From a candidate division WOR-3 bacterium (GTDB lineage: Bacteria; Hydrothermota; UBA3073; JACQXS01; JAGMCI01), in contig JAGMCI010000017.1 of assembly GCA_023129325.1 (NCBI GenBank), forward strand, positions 13,252 to 77,251: 64,000 bases of DNA, in the 5' to 3' direction. Every line of letters begins with the position of its first letter. The stretch's first letter is position 1. Positions 1 to 8,766 of this stretch are shown here, piece by piece. Under the pieces are notes generated by a model. The model saw only the letters and a list, made by a program, of their open reading frames with translations, had not been told where the DNA came from and made no database searches. The position numbers and the translations under genes are program-made.

Positions 1-1676
1 CCGTGCAAAATTTCGTAAGGAGTACTTAATTTTAGTTCAAGCTTGTAGGGAGGGGAATCTGAAGGTGTTGGCTCCTTGTATTCTATCCATGGAGCTTCTA
101 TTAAACTATCAATATAAAATGCTTTATAATAATCTGCTCCAGACTGTGATTCTGATATTACTTTTATGGTTCCTTGGTCAAGAGTTGATTGTGGGAATTG
201 CTTAGGATAATTTCCAATCCTGCTTATTATTCCTACATAAAAATTCCTCAGGTCTCCGAGTTCAAATCCACATCTGCCTCGAGAATCAGTAAACCTCCAG
301 GTTGTATAGTAAAGATATTCTGGCAAATAATAATATTCAGTAAATACATATACTCTTGCCCCATCCACAGGTAAACCTCGCTTATCAAGAATCTCTACAT
401 GAAGGGAGCAGGAATTAGAATACCTATGAGTAACATCAAATGAATTTCCATCTGACCTCCAATCCCAAACTGATGATATTCTTTTACTACCTCCATATTG
501 TTCGTCGTATCCACATTGAGGTGCATTTATATGTGTGGGACCAAATCCTCTATCAAGCTGGCATTCAAGCCAACCCTTATAATAAAATTCATTCCAAACA
601 TGGTCTTCACATATATCCATAGCACACACATTTGGAATTAAACATGCTCTTGATGCAGCACATGAAAGGTCTTGAAGTTCACCACAATTTCCGTTATGCT
701 CGTGAGCAATGATATTTGGCTGGATTGGGCGATTATCTGTTGCCATAACAGGAACAGTGCGAGTGCCCCAGTTTCCAATTACATCAAGTGCAGTCTGGGT
801 GGAATCAAAATCACGGTCAGCAGGAAAATATTGCGAAGTATCTGTGGCGAGCCATAATATTTTTACTCCTTTTAATTTTTCCGAAAGTAAAGGATAAGAC
901 AAATCTGCTTCATAAAATAGATATTCACGCCAGAATTTATCATAGACCTTTGAATCCATACGAGGCGATTCATCTGAAATTTGAGGATGGACTATATACC
1001 AGTAGTAATATTCTTTCGGCAGTTCATAAAGTATTGTATCCTCATTTTCAATAACTCTATATCTTGTAGTGGAATAATCAGAATAATCTATTATATCAAC
1101 ATAATCAAGTAAAGAATCGTTCTTATACAAGAATTTTACATTTTCAATAATTAAATTTGGGTCAAAAGTTGAGTCAATCAGGGTTTCTACACCAAGTCGT
1201 GCCACACAAAATGCTATTTCATCAAGATAGGGATAAAAAGAGTTCAAAATAAGTTCAGCATACACATTTTGTTTATCGCCTAATCTTATCAAGTTATCCC
1301 TTAATTCATCTTTCAGCCATTCTGGAGAATGTTCTATAGCTTGTTCAGAGAGTGAAGAAAGAAAAGTATCTGGAATAGAAATTATCTCAATTGTATCTAT
1401 GTCAGGATTAAAAGAGATTACAGCTCTTCCAGAAGATGGAATGCGGATAAAAGTAGAAAATGAATCTTTAAGAATCCAGGAAATAGTATCTGCCTGTTTC
1501 CCGATAGAATCGGGATGTGTAATTTTTGAAAACAATGGATAAACTTTCTTTTCCCAGGAAGGTCCAACAGATTCATCTCTCACGCATTTACAGGGACCAA
1601 TTTCAAAAGGAGTAGTAATTTCCCTTCCCTGCGAGCTTATAATAATACCCACAAAGATAACAAAAGCAAATACCAT
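1..1676 (-). CDS. secreted transglutaminase-like cysteine protease domain protein (3-prime end runs off the window)
   Basis: My own minus-strand translation from ATG 1676 (MVFAFVIFVGIIISSQ..., signal-like) stays open to position 1. It has no stop in the window, so it is absent from the ORF track. It contains HEHNGNCGELQDLSCAASRACLIP...EDHVWNEFY, a transglutaminase-like Cys/His core. The short + ORFs at 189..1054 are shadows of it. Confidence 0.7.
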   Translation of the reverse strand, partial: MVFAFVIFVGIIISSQGREITTPFEIGPCKCVRDESVGPSWEKKVYPLFSKITHPDSIGKQADTISWILKDSFSTFIRIPSSGRAVISFNPDIDTIEIISIPDTFLSSLSEQAIEHSPEWLKDELRDNLIRLGDKQNVYAELILNSFYPYLDEIAFCVARLGVETLIDSTFDPNLIIENVKFLYKNDSLLDYVDIIDYSDYSTTRYRVIENEDTILYELPKEYYYWYIVHPQISDESPRMDSKVYDKFWREYLFYEADLSYPLLSEKLKGVKILWLATDTSQYFPADRDFDSTQTALDVIGNWGTRTVPVMATDNRPIQPNIIAHEHNGNCGELQDLSCAASRACLIPNVCAMDICEDHVWNEFYYKGWLECQLDRGFGPTHINAPQCGYDEQYGGSKRISSVWDWRSDGNSFDVTHRYSNSCSLHVEILDKRGLPVDGARVYVFTEYYYLPEYLYYTTWRFTDSRGRCGFELGDLRNFYVGIISRIGNYPKQFPQSTLDQGTIKVISESQSGADYYKAFYIDSLIEAPWIEYKEPTPSDSPPYKLELKLSTPYEILH

Positions 1677-1693
1677 TTTTGTTTAATAGGGAG

Positions 1694-1720
1694 CCGCTGG
1701 GAGATTAAATCTCCCAGCGG
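1694..1720. other. intergenic 11-bp-stem hairpin between two minus-strand genes
   Basis: CCGCTGGGAGA-ttaaa-TCTCCCAGCGG. A T-rich tail follows only on the + strand, so terminator function for the minus-strand genes is doubtful. Confidence 0.5.
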
Positions 1721-1744
1721 TTTCTTTCAAACTTGCTTAAAGTT

Positions 1745-4700
1745 TTATTTCAGCAAGATGATTTTCCTTGTGGCAACAAAAGACCCAGCACTAAGACGAT
1801 AGAAGTAAATTCCATTAGCTACTTTTTCACCATTTGAATTCCGAGCATCCCAGGTTGCAGTATAGCTGCTTGGCTTGCGAATTCCATTGACAAGTGTAGT
1901 AACAAGTCTTCCAGTAAGGTCATAGACTTTAAGAGTAACCTTGGCAGTCTTGGGAATTGAATACTGAATAGCAATTGTCCTGTTCATAGGATTAGGATAG
2001 CCCTGGGATAAAGCAAATACATTTGGACTTGTAGATATTTCCTCAACTCCGGATGCGTTAAAGGAATAGAAATTGGAAATAGTATCTGCATTTGCTGGGT
2101 CTGTTGCTTGATTTGTAGGATTGGCACCATCAAAAGCTTCATAATAATATCTAATTACCGATGCACTGTCTATTTTGGGAATATCATTTTCATATATATC
2201 ACCATAATGTGGCATCGTTATACATATCCAACCACTATCATGAGTTACACGGAAGTAATGTAAGAAAGCTGAATCTACACCAGATGGGTCTTGAACTATG
2301 GTGGAACAGGGAAACGGCCCTTTAGAGTCTGTGTCAGTCCAAATCATGCTTTCAGAGAAAGTTGGTCCTTCGTTATCATTAGCACAAATTGTGAAAAGAC
2401 TGAAACTTTCAATTTTACCCGTTACCTTATTTTGAGCTGTGTCAACCGTGCTCTCAATCTCTTTCCATGTTGGGTCATCATATTTATATATTGAAATAGA
2501 AGATTCGTTATATCCAGCTGCATCCTGGTCTCTGTAGCAAAAAGTTAAATCTATGCTGTCTGCAAGTGCGATATCAGATGCTATATTAACTGCAAATTCA
2601 AGCCATTCCTCAGGTAAGCTATCTAACATTGAAGGTGTAGGATTTAATTCCTGGTCTATACCTATCTTTGCATTTGTTGAAAGAGCGCCGTCTGGAATTG
2701 ATAACCCTATCTTTCTTCCACCATTTTTAGTTCCTGTGGTAATTATATCAAAAGAATACTCTCCTGTATCTGCTAAAGTAACTACCCATTCTTCATCTGC
2801 AAATTCACTTTCCTGGCCCTCATCACTATAAGCAGTGCAAGTTATATATTTGTATTCTCTAAGACCAGGTGCCCCTAAAGTTTCAAGGTCATATTTAGTT
2901 ACATTTCCTACATTAACACTATCTGAATAACCTTTTCTGGTTGAGTTTCCATAGAATAATTTATAGCCCGAAATATTAGGTTCAGGATTTGGATTCCATA
3001 CAAGCTCACTATCTGATGCGAAATTCCAGGCAAGTCCAGTTGGCTTTGAAGGTGCTGCTCCAAATATGAGTGTGAGCCTTGAGTAAGTCCCATATCCAAA
3101 TGTCCCATCTCCTACTGTGTAATAGGCAGTAGGCTCATATTCCACGCCAAGACTATCCTCCCAGATTTTAAAGTGCATTGTATCTCCAACTGTATAACCA
3201 TCTTTCTCTGGTGTATTAGGGTCATCTTTCCAGACAAGGAAATCAGTAAATCCCCACCAGTAATTAGATGCTCCAACGCAAACGCCATCTGTAGTAAACA
3301 CACCTATGGCGTCGTCTATATCAAGTTCAAATGTATCAATGGAAGCAGAATCAATTACTATAGTATAAAAACTATCAGTTTGAGTAAAAGTATAATGTGG
3401 GTCAGGCTCCCAATGCCCTTCTGTATCTAAGCTATCTACTTCTACCATATAATTCCATTGCACATGGTCGCTCCACATAGAAGGGGGTGTTACGGTAATT
3501 CTTGCTGGGTCTGGCACTGTATAACCAATGTAAATTGTTCCAGGATTTCCAACTGAAGATGCCTGACGAGCCATATGGGGAGTCTGTTCAGGGATTTCTA
3601 CTGTCTTAACTATTGTTGTAGGATAACCCCAGGTACGTCCAGAATCAAGTGAAACAGAAGCATAAATATCCTGATAGTAATAAGGTTCTCCTATTGTTGC
3701 GTTATACTGACTCTCTATCAAATCGGTATGAGGTCTGTCTATCCAGGCGGCATAAAGTCTTCCATGGTCATCAAATGATATATCAACTTCATTTAAATTT
3801 TCAATCTGTCCAGCCTCATCTCCCACAAACCATCCATTATTAAAGGCTATTCTTGATGCTTTCCAGGTAGCTCCTAAGTCTATTGAGTATATACAATAAA
3901 TACCTTCATGTTGAGGTAAAGGATAATAATAACCACCACCAACATCTTCTCCATGTATAATTGTAGCTCCAAAATAAATAGCATTAGTTTCATCATTTAT
4001 GTTAGCACTTTGAGCCCAGGTAAAGCCACCAACATTTACGCCTGAAATTTCATTTGGGATACCAATGTCAGATGGCTTGATATGTTTAACCTCAGACCAG
4101 GTTTCTCCATAATCATTTGTAGTACTGTAAATAACCCAGAAGTCACTAAATTCAGGTGTATGTCCTGTGCACATCCAGATTCCAAATCCATCTTTTCCAT
4201 AAACAAATTGAGGAACATTCATTTCAGGGATATCAGATGGTGTAATGTCCAATTCAGGGACATTCCATGTCCAGTTAATACCATCAGGAGAAGTTCCATG
4301 AATAAATGTATAATATCCTTCATTTAACTCTCTTTCCCACAAACCACCAATATGCCATAAAGTATCGCCAGCCAATACCATATCCACCATCCCGAGCCAG
4401 AGGGAATGAATGACCCCCGGGTCACCGTTTTGAGCCATATCCTCAGGTATAGTCCAGAAACCCTCACACCAGCCCTCCTCGTCTAACGACATATAAGCTC
4501 CAGCTACAGTTTTTTGCTTACTAAAATATTCAGTCCAAAATGCATAGGGATAGTTTGGAGTAGCACAAGCGGCTGGATATCTACCACTTCCCACACAAGG
4601 GGTTGTATTTATATTTCCATGAACGCATCTATTATGCAGTTCCCCCATTGTTTCCCAAGCAGCAGCTCCAATTTCACCACTTGTTGATTCATTAAACTTT

Positions 4701-5032
4701 CTATAAACTGCTAAAAGCCACCCTGCTGGAGTATAAGCTACTGGGGTAGTAGCTCCTTGATACCATCCATATCCATTATTTGATGAATCAAAAAGCTCTG
4801 GTTCAAATTTAAGCTCCATTCCAAGATAAGGATGAATTCCCGGCTTACCTGTCGGGAGTCCTTCTACTTTTTCAAACAAACTCAATGGTGCTTGCTTCAG
4901 GATTCCTTCCACTTCTACCTTTGGTTGAAGCAGAGGCTTCAACCTACCCTTACCCTCTTGTTGTACGTTCTTTGCAAAAAGCACAGATACTATCACCAAG
5001 CAGAGTGATATTAAAACACTTCGTCTAAACAT
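1745..5032 (-). CDS. secreted BNR/Asp-box repeat (sialidase-like propeller) protein with FN3 and a T9SS type-A C-terminal sorting domain
   Basis: ORF track 1745..5053. I moved the start to ATG 5032 (AGGAGG 8 nt upstream; MFRRSVLISLCLVIVSVLFA signal). Asp-boxes DYGETWS, DLGATWK and SLDSGRTW are present. FN3-like PSKPTGLAWN...YKLFYG. C-terminus YPNPMN...KVYDLTGRLVTTLVNG...GIYFYRL. Confidence 0.75.
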   Translation of the reverse strand: MFRRSVLISLCLVIVSVLFAKNVQQEGKGRLKPLLQPKVEVEGILKQAPLSLFEKVEGLPTGKPGIHPYLGMELKFEPELFDSSNNGYGWYQGATTPVAYTPAGWLLAVYRKFNESTSGEIGAAAWETMGELHNRCVHGNINTTPCVGSGRYPAACATPNYPYAFWTEYFSKQKTVAGAYMSLDEEGWCEGFWTIPEDMAQNGDPGVIHSLWLGMVDMVLAGDTLWHIGGLWERELNEGYYTFIHGTSPDGINWTWNVPELDITPSDIPEMNVPQFVYGKDGFGIWMCTGHTPEFSDFWVIYSTTNDYGETWSEVKHIKPSDIGIPNEISGVNVGGFTWAQSANINDETNAIYFGATIIHGEDVGGGYYYPLPQHEGIYCIYSIDLGATWKASRIAFNNGWFVGDEAGQIENLNEVDISFDDHGRLYAAWIDRPHTDLIESQYNATIGEPYYYQDIYASVSLDSGRTWGYPTTIVKTVEIPEQTPHMARQASSVGNPGTIYIGYTVPDPARITVTPPSMWSDHVQWNYMVEVDSLDTEGHWEPDPHYTFTQTDSFYTIVIDSASIDTFELDIDDAIGVFTTDGVCVGASNYWWGFTDFLVWKDDPNTPEKDGYTVGDTMHFKIWEDSLGVEYEPTAYYTVGDGTFGYGTYSRLTLIFGAAPSKPTGLAWNFASDSELVWNPNPEPNISGYKLFYGNSTRKGYSDSVNVGNVTKYDLETLGAPGLREYKYITCTAYSDEGQESEFADEEWVVTLADTGEYSFDIITTGTKNGGRKIGLSIPDGALSTNAKIGIDQELNPTPSMLDSLPEEWLEFAVNIASDIALADSIDLTFCYRDQDAAGYNESSISIYKYDDPTWKEIESTVDTAQNKVTGKIESFSLFTICANDNEGPTFSESMIWTDTDSKGPFPCSTIVQDPSGVDSAFLHYFRVTHDSGWICITMPHYGDIYENDIPKIDSASVIRYYYEAFDGANPTNQATDPANADTISNFYSFNASGVEEISTSPNVFALSQGYPNPMNRTIAIQYSIPKTAKVTLKVYDLTGRLVTTLVNGIRKPSSYTATWDARNSNGEKVANGIYFYRLSAGSFVATRKIILLK

Positions 5033-5060
5033 TTTACACCTCCTTTCCGTCATCCGTCTC

Positions 5061-5089
5061 CGTTAGCTAACGAATAACGAATAACGAAC
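5061..5089. repeat. CGTTAGCTAACG palindrome plus (CGAATAA)~2.7
   Basis: The same 12-nt palindrome forms the loop of hairpin 1 in leader copy A (8741-8756). Confidence 0.7.
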
Positions 5090-8000
5090 TATCGAATTAA
5101 AAGCATCTTCTTTGTTTGAACAAAGCTTCCTGCTTCTAAACGATAGAAATATAAACCACAAACTACCTTTTCTCCCCTTTTGTTTTTTCCATTCCATACT
5201 ACATTATAATGTCCAGGTTGCTGTCTTTCGTTCACAAGAGTAGTAACAAGTCTTCCAGTAAGGTCATAAATCTTTAAAGAAACTTCACACGGACACGAAC
5301 ACGTATAACGAATCACGGTTCTCTGAGTAAATGGATTTGGATAGCTCTGAGATAAGGCAAAGGTCTTTGGAATATCTGTTGCTTCTTCAATCCCGACTTT
5401 CAGGTTAAAAGAATAGAAAGAGTTAGGTGCATTTTGAGGGTCAGTACTCGTATTTGGAGGGGATGCTTTATCAACTGCAGACAGATAGTAATTTATTTTT
5501 GTATCTAATGGTTGTTCTGGAATTTCTGCAGAATAACCATCGGTGCCAGCAATGGTATCCATAGGGATAGAAATCCATGGGGAATCTACATTTGTTCTAT
5601 ACCAAAGAGTAGCGGATTCAACGCCCGAGTAGTCTGTAATTGTTGAATTTATGAGAAAGGGTCCTACAAAACTTGTATCAGGCCATAGTGTGGTTTCAGA
5701 AAAACTTGGTCCTTGAGTATCTATACCTCCAGTTATAGAGACATCTTCATAATTTCCTGTCCGATACGGATTTCCGCGATACATATTCCAGTAAACACTG
5801 CTATTCCAGGGGTCTTTGTAATCAATTACTTGCATTCCATTTGAGTTACCAACTGCAATTTCAAGGTCTCCATCTCCATCTAAATCCCTGATACAGGGCG
5901 AAGATTCAATTGAACCATTAGTATTTATGGGAAACCCTGTTACGAGTGAGCCATTGGTATTAAGTGCATATAATTTCCCATCATTTGAACCAACTATAAT
6001 CTCAGGCTCCCAATCACAGTCAATATCAGCATATACTGGAGATGATTCTATACTGCCACCAGTGATATAAGGGAATCCAGAGATTAAATTGGCATTAGCA
6101 TCAATTCCATAAATATTATTATCACTGGACCCAAAGAAAATTTCTGGAATACTGTCTCCATCAATATCACAAAATGAGGGTGAACTCCTTATTTTATCAC
6201 CTGCTGTAAAAATGCCTACTGTGTCACCTTTATAATCAAAGATATAAAGTTTTCCATCATCACAACCACACACAATTTCCAATTTTCCGTCTTTGTCTAA
6301 ATCTGCTAATGCAGGAGCACTCTTGATTGTTCCTCCAATTAGTTGAGGCCAACCAGGTAGTATACTGTTATCTTTTGAAATAACATAGAGCTCTTTGTCG
6401 TATGTTCCTACTACTATATCAAGAGTTCCGTTTCCATCAACATCTCCAATTGCGGCTCCAGACCAAATTTTAGTGCCCAAATTACGAGGGAAAGTTCCAA
6501 AGTTTGTAGAGTCATAATTTATCACATAAAGGTTTCCTGAATAATCACCAAATATTATTTCTAATGTATCGTCATTATTTAAATCAGCTAATGCAGGAGT
6601 GGAAAGAATATAGCCTTGAGTTTCATATTTTAAAAGTAAAGAATCATCATTGTTTATAATATATAAGTTCTTATCTTTTGAACCAAATACAATCTCAAGG
6701 TCTCCATCTGCATTGACATCTCCAATTGCTGGGGCGCCCCAAATTTCATTTCCAACCACCATTGGGAACCCAGGTTTTGTAGTTGCTATTGGGTCCCATG
6801 CCCATAAATTATTATTAAAATCACCAGCAATAACTTCAAGTTCACTATCATTATCAATGTCAATAATAATTGGAGGCGACTTTACTTTTGCTCCTAAATT
6901 AATGGGCCAATGCTTTTGGTTAAGGGTTGACTCAATTTCAAATGCAAATGTATCTGAATATGGATGTTGACTTCCCAAGTTGGCAGAAATGACTATATTA
7001 AAATGGATTATACTTGGTGGAAAATCTAAAATCTTGACTTTAAAACCTTTAAAATTCACTGCTACAGACCCACCGTTAATTTTACCAAAAGAGGAACTTG
7101 AATTTATAATTGTGATTTGTGAATCTGGAGAAGATAAAGTACCTACTGCATCATTTGCAGTTCCCCACCCGGATTCATTTTTTATCACTACATGAATATT
7201 TATTATTTCTCCTGGATTTATAAGGGAATCACCATCTCCAATTAATTCTTGTGCGATATATGATTGATAAATTAACTCAGGGTAAAGGCGATGTATAAAT
7301 GTATTGTAAATATTTATTCTACCTGCTCCTAAGAATCCCTTGTAAAAAGGATTAATATCATCAATATTATCACATCCAGTAAGTATTTCTTGTTCAAGCC
7401 AGATATTAGACGAGTCAGGATAAACTGATTTAAGTAGTGCGAAACAACCTGATGCTATAGGAGCCGAACCAGAAGTTCCATCCCAAGAAACTTCTCCTCC
7501 AATCTCAAGATAAGCAGTGCCCCAGATTCCTGATGCAGGAGCGCAGCAATCAACCCAGGAGCCATATTGAGAGCCTCCCCATTTATAGTCCCCAGGAGAT
7601 GTCCCTGCAATTGCCATGCAATTATAATAAGCTGCTGGATAATTAGGTTCTGAAGTTCCATCATTTCCAGCTGAGGCACAAATTACAGCACCATAAACAT
7701 TATAAGCCACATTAATTACAGATTGCCCTGCTGAGCTACCATACTCACCACCCCAACTACAATTTATAATATCAGCTCCATTTTCAGCTGCATATCTAAT
7801 ACCTGAATAGCCATCCGAGACATGCTGGGGGTCATCATCTTCACAACATTTAATAGGCATTATTCTTACTTTCCAAGGAACAGATGCAATATATAAGTTA
7901 TTATTAGTTCTTGCATCTGCTATTCCAGCAGTCCAGGTCCCGTGCATACAATAATCCCAGGGGTCTGTATCTGGATTTCGGGGAGGTCCTTCAGGATTAT

Positions 8001-8679
8001 TATCACTTTCTCCAAAATCCCACCCAATGAGGTCATCTATATAACCATTATAATCATCGTCAACTCCATTTAAGTCGTCTGGGTCAAGAACCCAGCTTTC
8101 ATCAATATATTCAATTGTATGTCCATCTCCATCAGCATCTTCGCCAAGATTCTGCCATATATTATCAATTAAATCAGGATGGTCCCAATCAACACCTGAG
8201 TCAGTTATCCCAATAATTATGGTTGTATCACTGGGTGGTTCATCTGGCTCAAATAAGGTCCAGGCTTCAGGTGCATGGACTGCAAATAGATGCCATTGGT
8301 CTGGAAAACGAGGGTCATTTGGAGAGTCATTTTGAGGATTAAAAAATTCGGCCCTAGGTTCAAATTCAGCAAAGATTAAGTTCTTATCATCTGAAAATTT
8401 AGTAACAGCTTCCTCAATATTTTCTTTTAACTTTAATCTATAAATCTTTGTTAGATAGATATCGCCATCTTTATCTTTCTCTTTTGCATCAGAAAGCCAG
8501 CGTTCCATTTCATAGACCTTATGCTTTTGGGCGAGTTTGTCGAAAGAGGGAAGTTTAGTAGTTATATATTCACCCTTCTTACTAATTTCAGGTTTTATAT
8601 TAGGTTTAAAACAAACAAGCAATTTACCCGGGTAATAACCATTTCCCGCAATTATTATAAACCATAATAATACTTGCAT
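5089..8679 (-). CDS. subtilisin-like S8 serine protease fused to a 7-repeat FG-GAP/VCBS propeller and a T9SS C-terminal sorting domain
   Basis: Catalytic triad motifs GITDSGVDWDHPDL, HGTWTAGIA and GTSGSAPIASG. Repeats of type GDVNADGDLEIVFG, ADLDKDGKLEIVCG and RDLDGDGDLEIAVG. C-terminus YPNPFTQ...KIYDLTGRLVTTLVN...GLYFYRL. SD GGAGGT lies before ATG 8679. Confidence 0.85.
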   Translation of the reverse strand: MQVLLWFIIIAGNGYYPGKLLVCFKPNIKPEISKKGEYITTKLPSFDKLAQKHKVYEMERWLSDAKEKDKDGDIYLTKIYRLKLKENIEEAVTKFSDDKNLIFAEFEPRAEFFNPQNDSPNDPRFPDQWHLFAVHAPEAWTLFEPDEPPSDTTIIIGITDSGVDWDHPDLIDNIWQNLGEDADGDGHTIEYIDESWVLDPDDLNGVDDDYNGYIDDLIGWDFGESDNNPEGPPRNPDTDPWDYCMHGTWTAGIADARTNNNLYIASVPWKVRIMPIKCCEDDDPQHVSDGYSGIRYAAENGADIINCSWGGEYGSSAGQSVINVAYNVYGAVICASAGNDGTSEPNYPAAYYNCMAIAGTSPGDYKWGGSQYGSWVDCCAPASGIWGTAYLEIGGEVSWDGTSGSAPIASGCFALLKSVYPDSSNIWLEQEILTGCDNIDDINPFYKGFLGAGRINIYNTFIHRLYPELIYQSYIAQELIGDGDSLINPGEIINIHVVIKNESGWGTANDAVGTLSSPDSQITIINSSSSFGKINGGSVAVNFKGFKVKILDFPPSIIHFNIVISANLGSQHPYSDTFAFEIESTLNQKHWPINLGAKVKSPPIIIDIDNDSELEVIAGDFNNNLWAWDPIATTKPGFPMVVGNEIWGAPAIGDVNADGDLEIVFGSKDKNLYIINNDDSLLLKYETQGYILSTPALADLNNDDTLEIIFGDYSGNLYVINYDSTNFGTFPRNLGTKIWSGAAIGDVDGNGTLDIVVGTYDKELYVISKDNSILPGWPQLIGGTIKSAPALADLDKDGKLEIVCGCDDGKLYIFDYKGDTVGIFTAGDKIRSSPSFCDIDGDSIPEIFFGSSDNNIYGIDANANLISGFPYITGGSIESSPVYADIDCDWEPEIIVGSNDGKLYALNTNGSLVTGFPINTNGSIESSPCIRDLDGDGDLEIAVGNSNGMQVIDYKDPWNSSVYWNMYRGNPYRTGNYEDVSITGGIDTQGPSFSETTLWPDTSFVGPFLINSTITDYSGVESATLWYRTNVDSPWISIPMDTIAGTDGYSAEIPEQPLDTKINYYLSAVDKASPPNTSTDPQNAPNSFYSFNLKVGIEEATDIPKTFALSQSYPNPFTQRTVIRYTCSCPCEVSLKIYDLTGRLVTTLVNERQQPGHYNVVWNGKNKRGEKVVCGLYFYRLEAGSFVQTKKMLLIR

Positions 8680-8680
8680 A

Positions 8681-8761
8681 TTCTACCTCCTTTTCCACCG
8701 TTCTTATTAGTTTATTTGCCAGAACGGTGAGAATCCCGCACCCGTTAGCTAACGGGTGCGG
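8681..8761 (-). repeat. two-hairpin leader element plus SD, copy A (diverged), upstream of the S8 protease gene
   Basis: Sense: CCGCACCCGTTAGCTAACGGGTGCGG...CACCGTTCT-loop-AGAACGGTG-GAAAAGGAGGT-ATG. Confidence 0.8.
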
Positions 8762-8766
8762 AGTAA

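Noticed and set aside
189-1054. Five short + strand ORFs (60-88 aa) at the left edge
   Set aside because: They overlap each other and lie antisense to a long open minus-strand frame with a clear transglutaminase-like motif and signal peptide. They are shadow ORFs.
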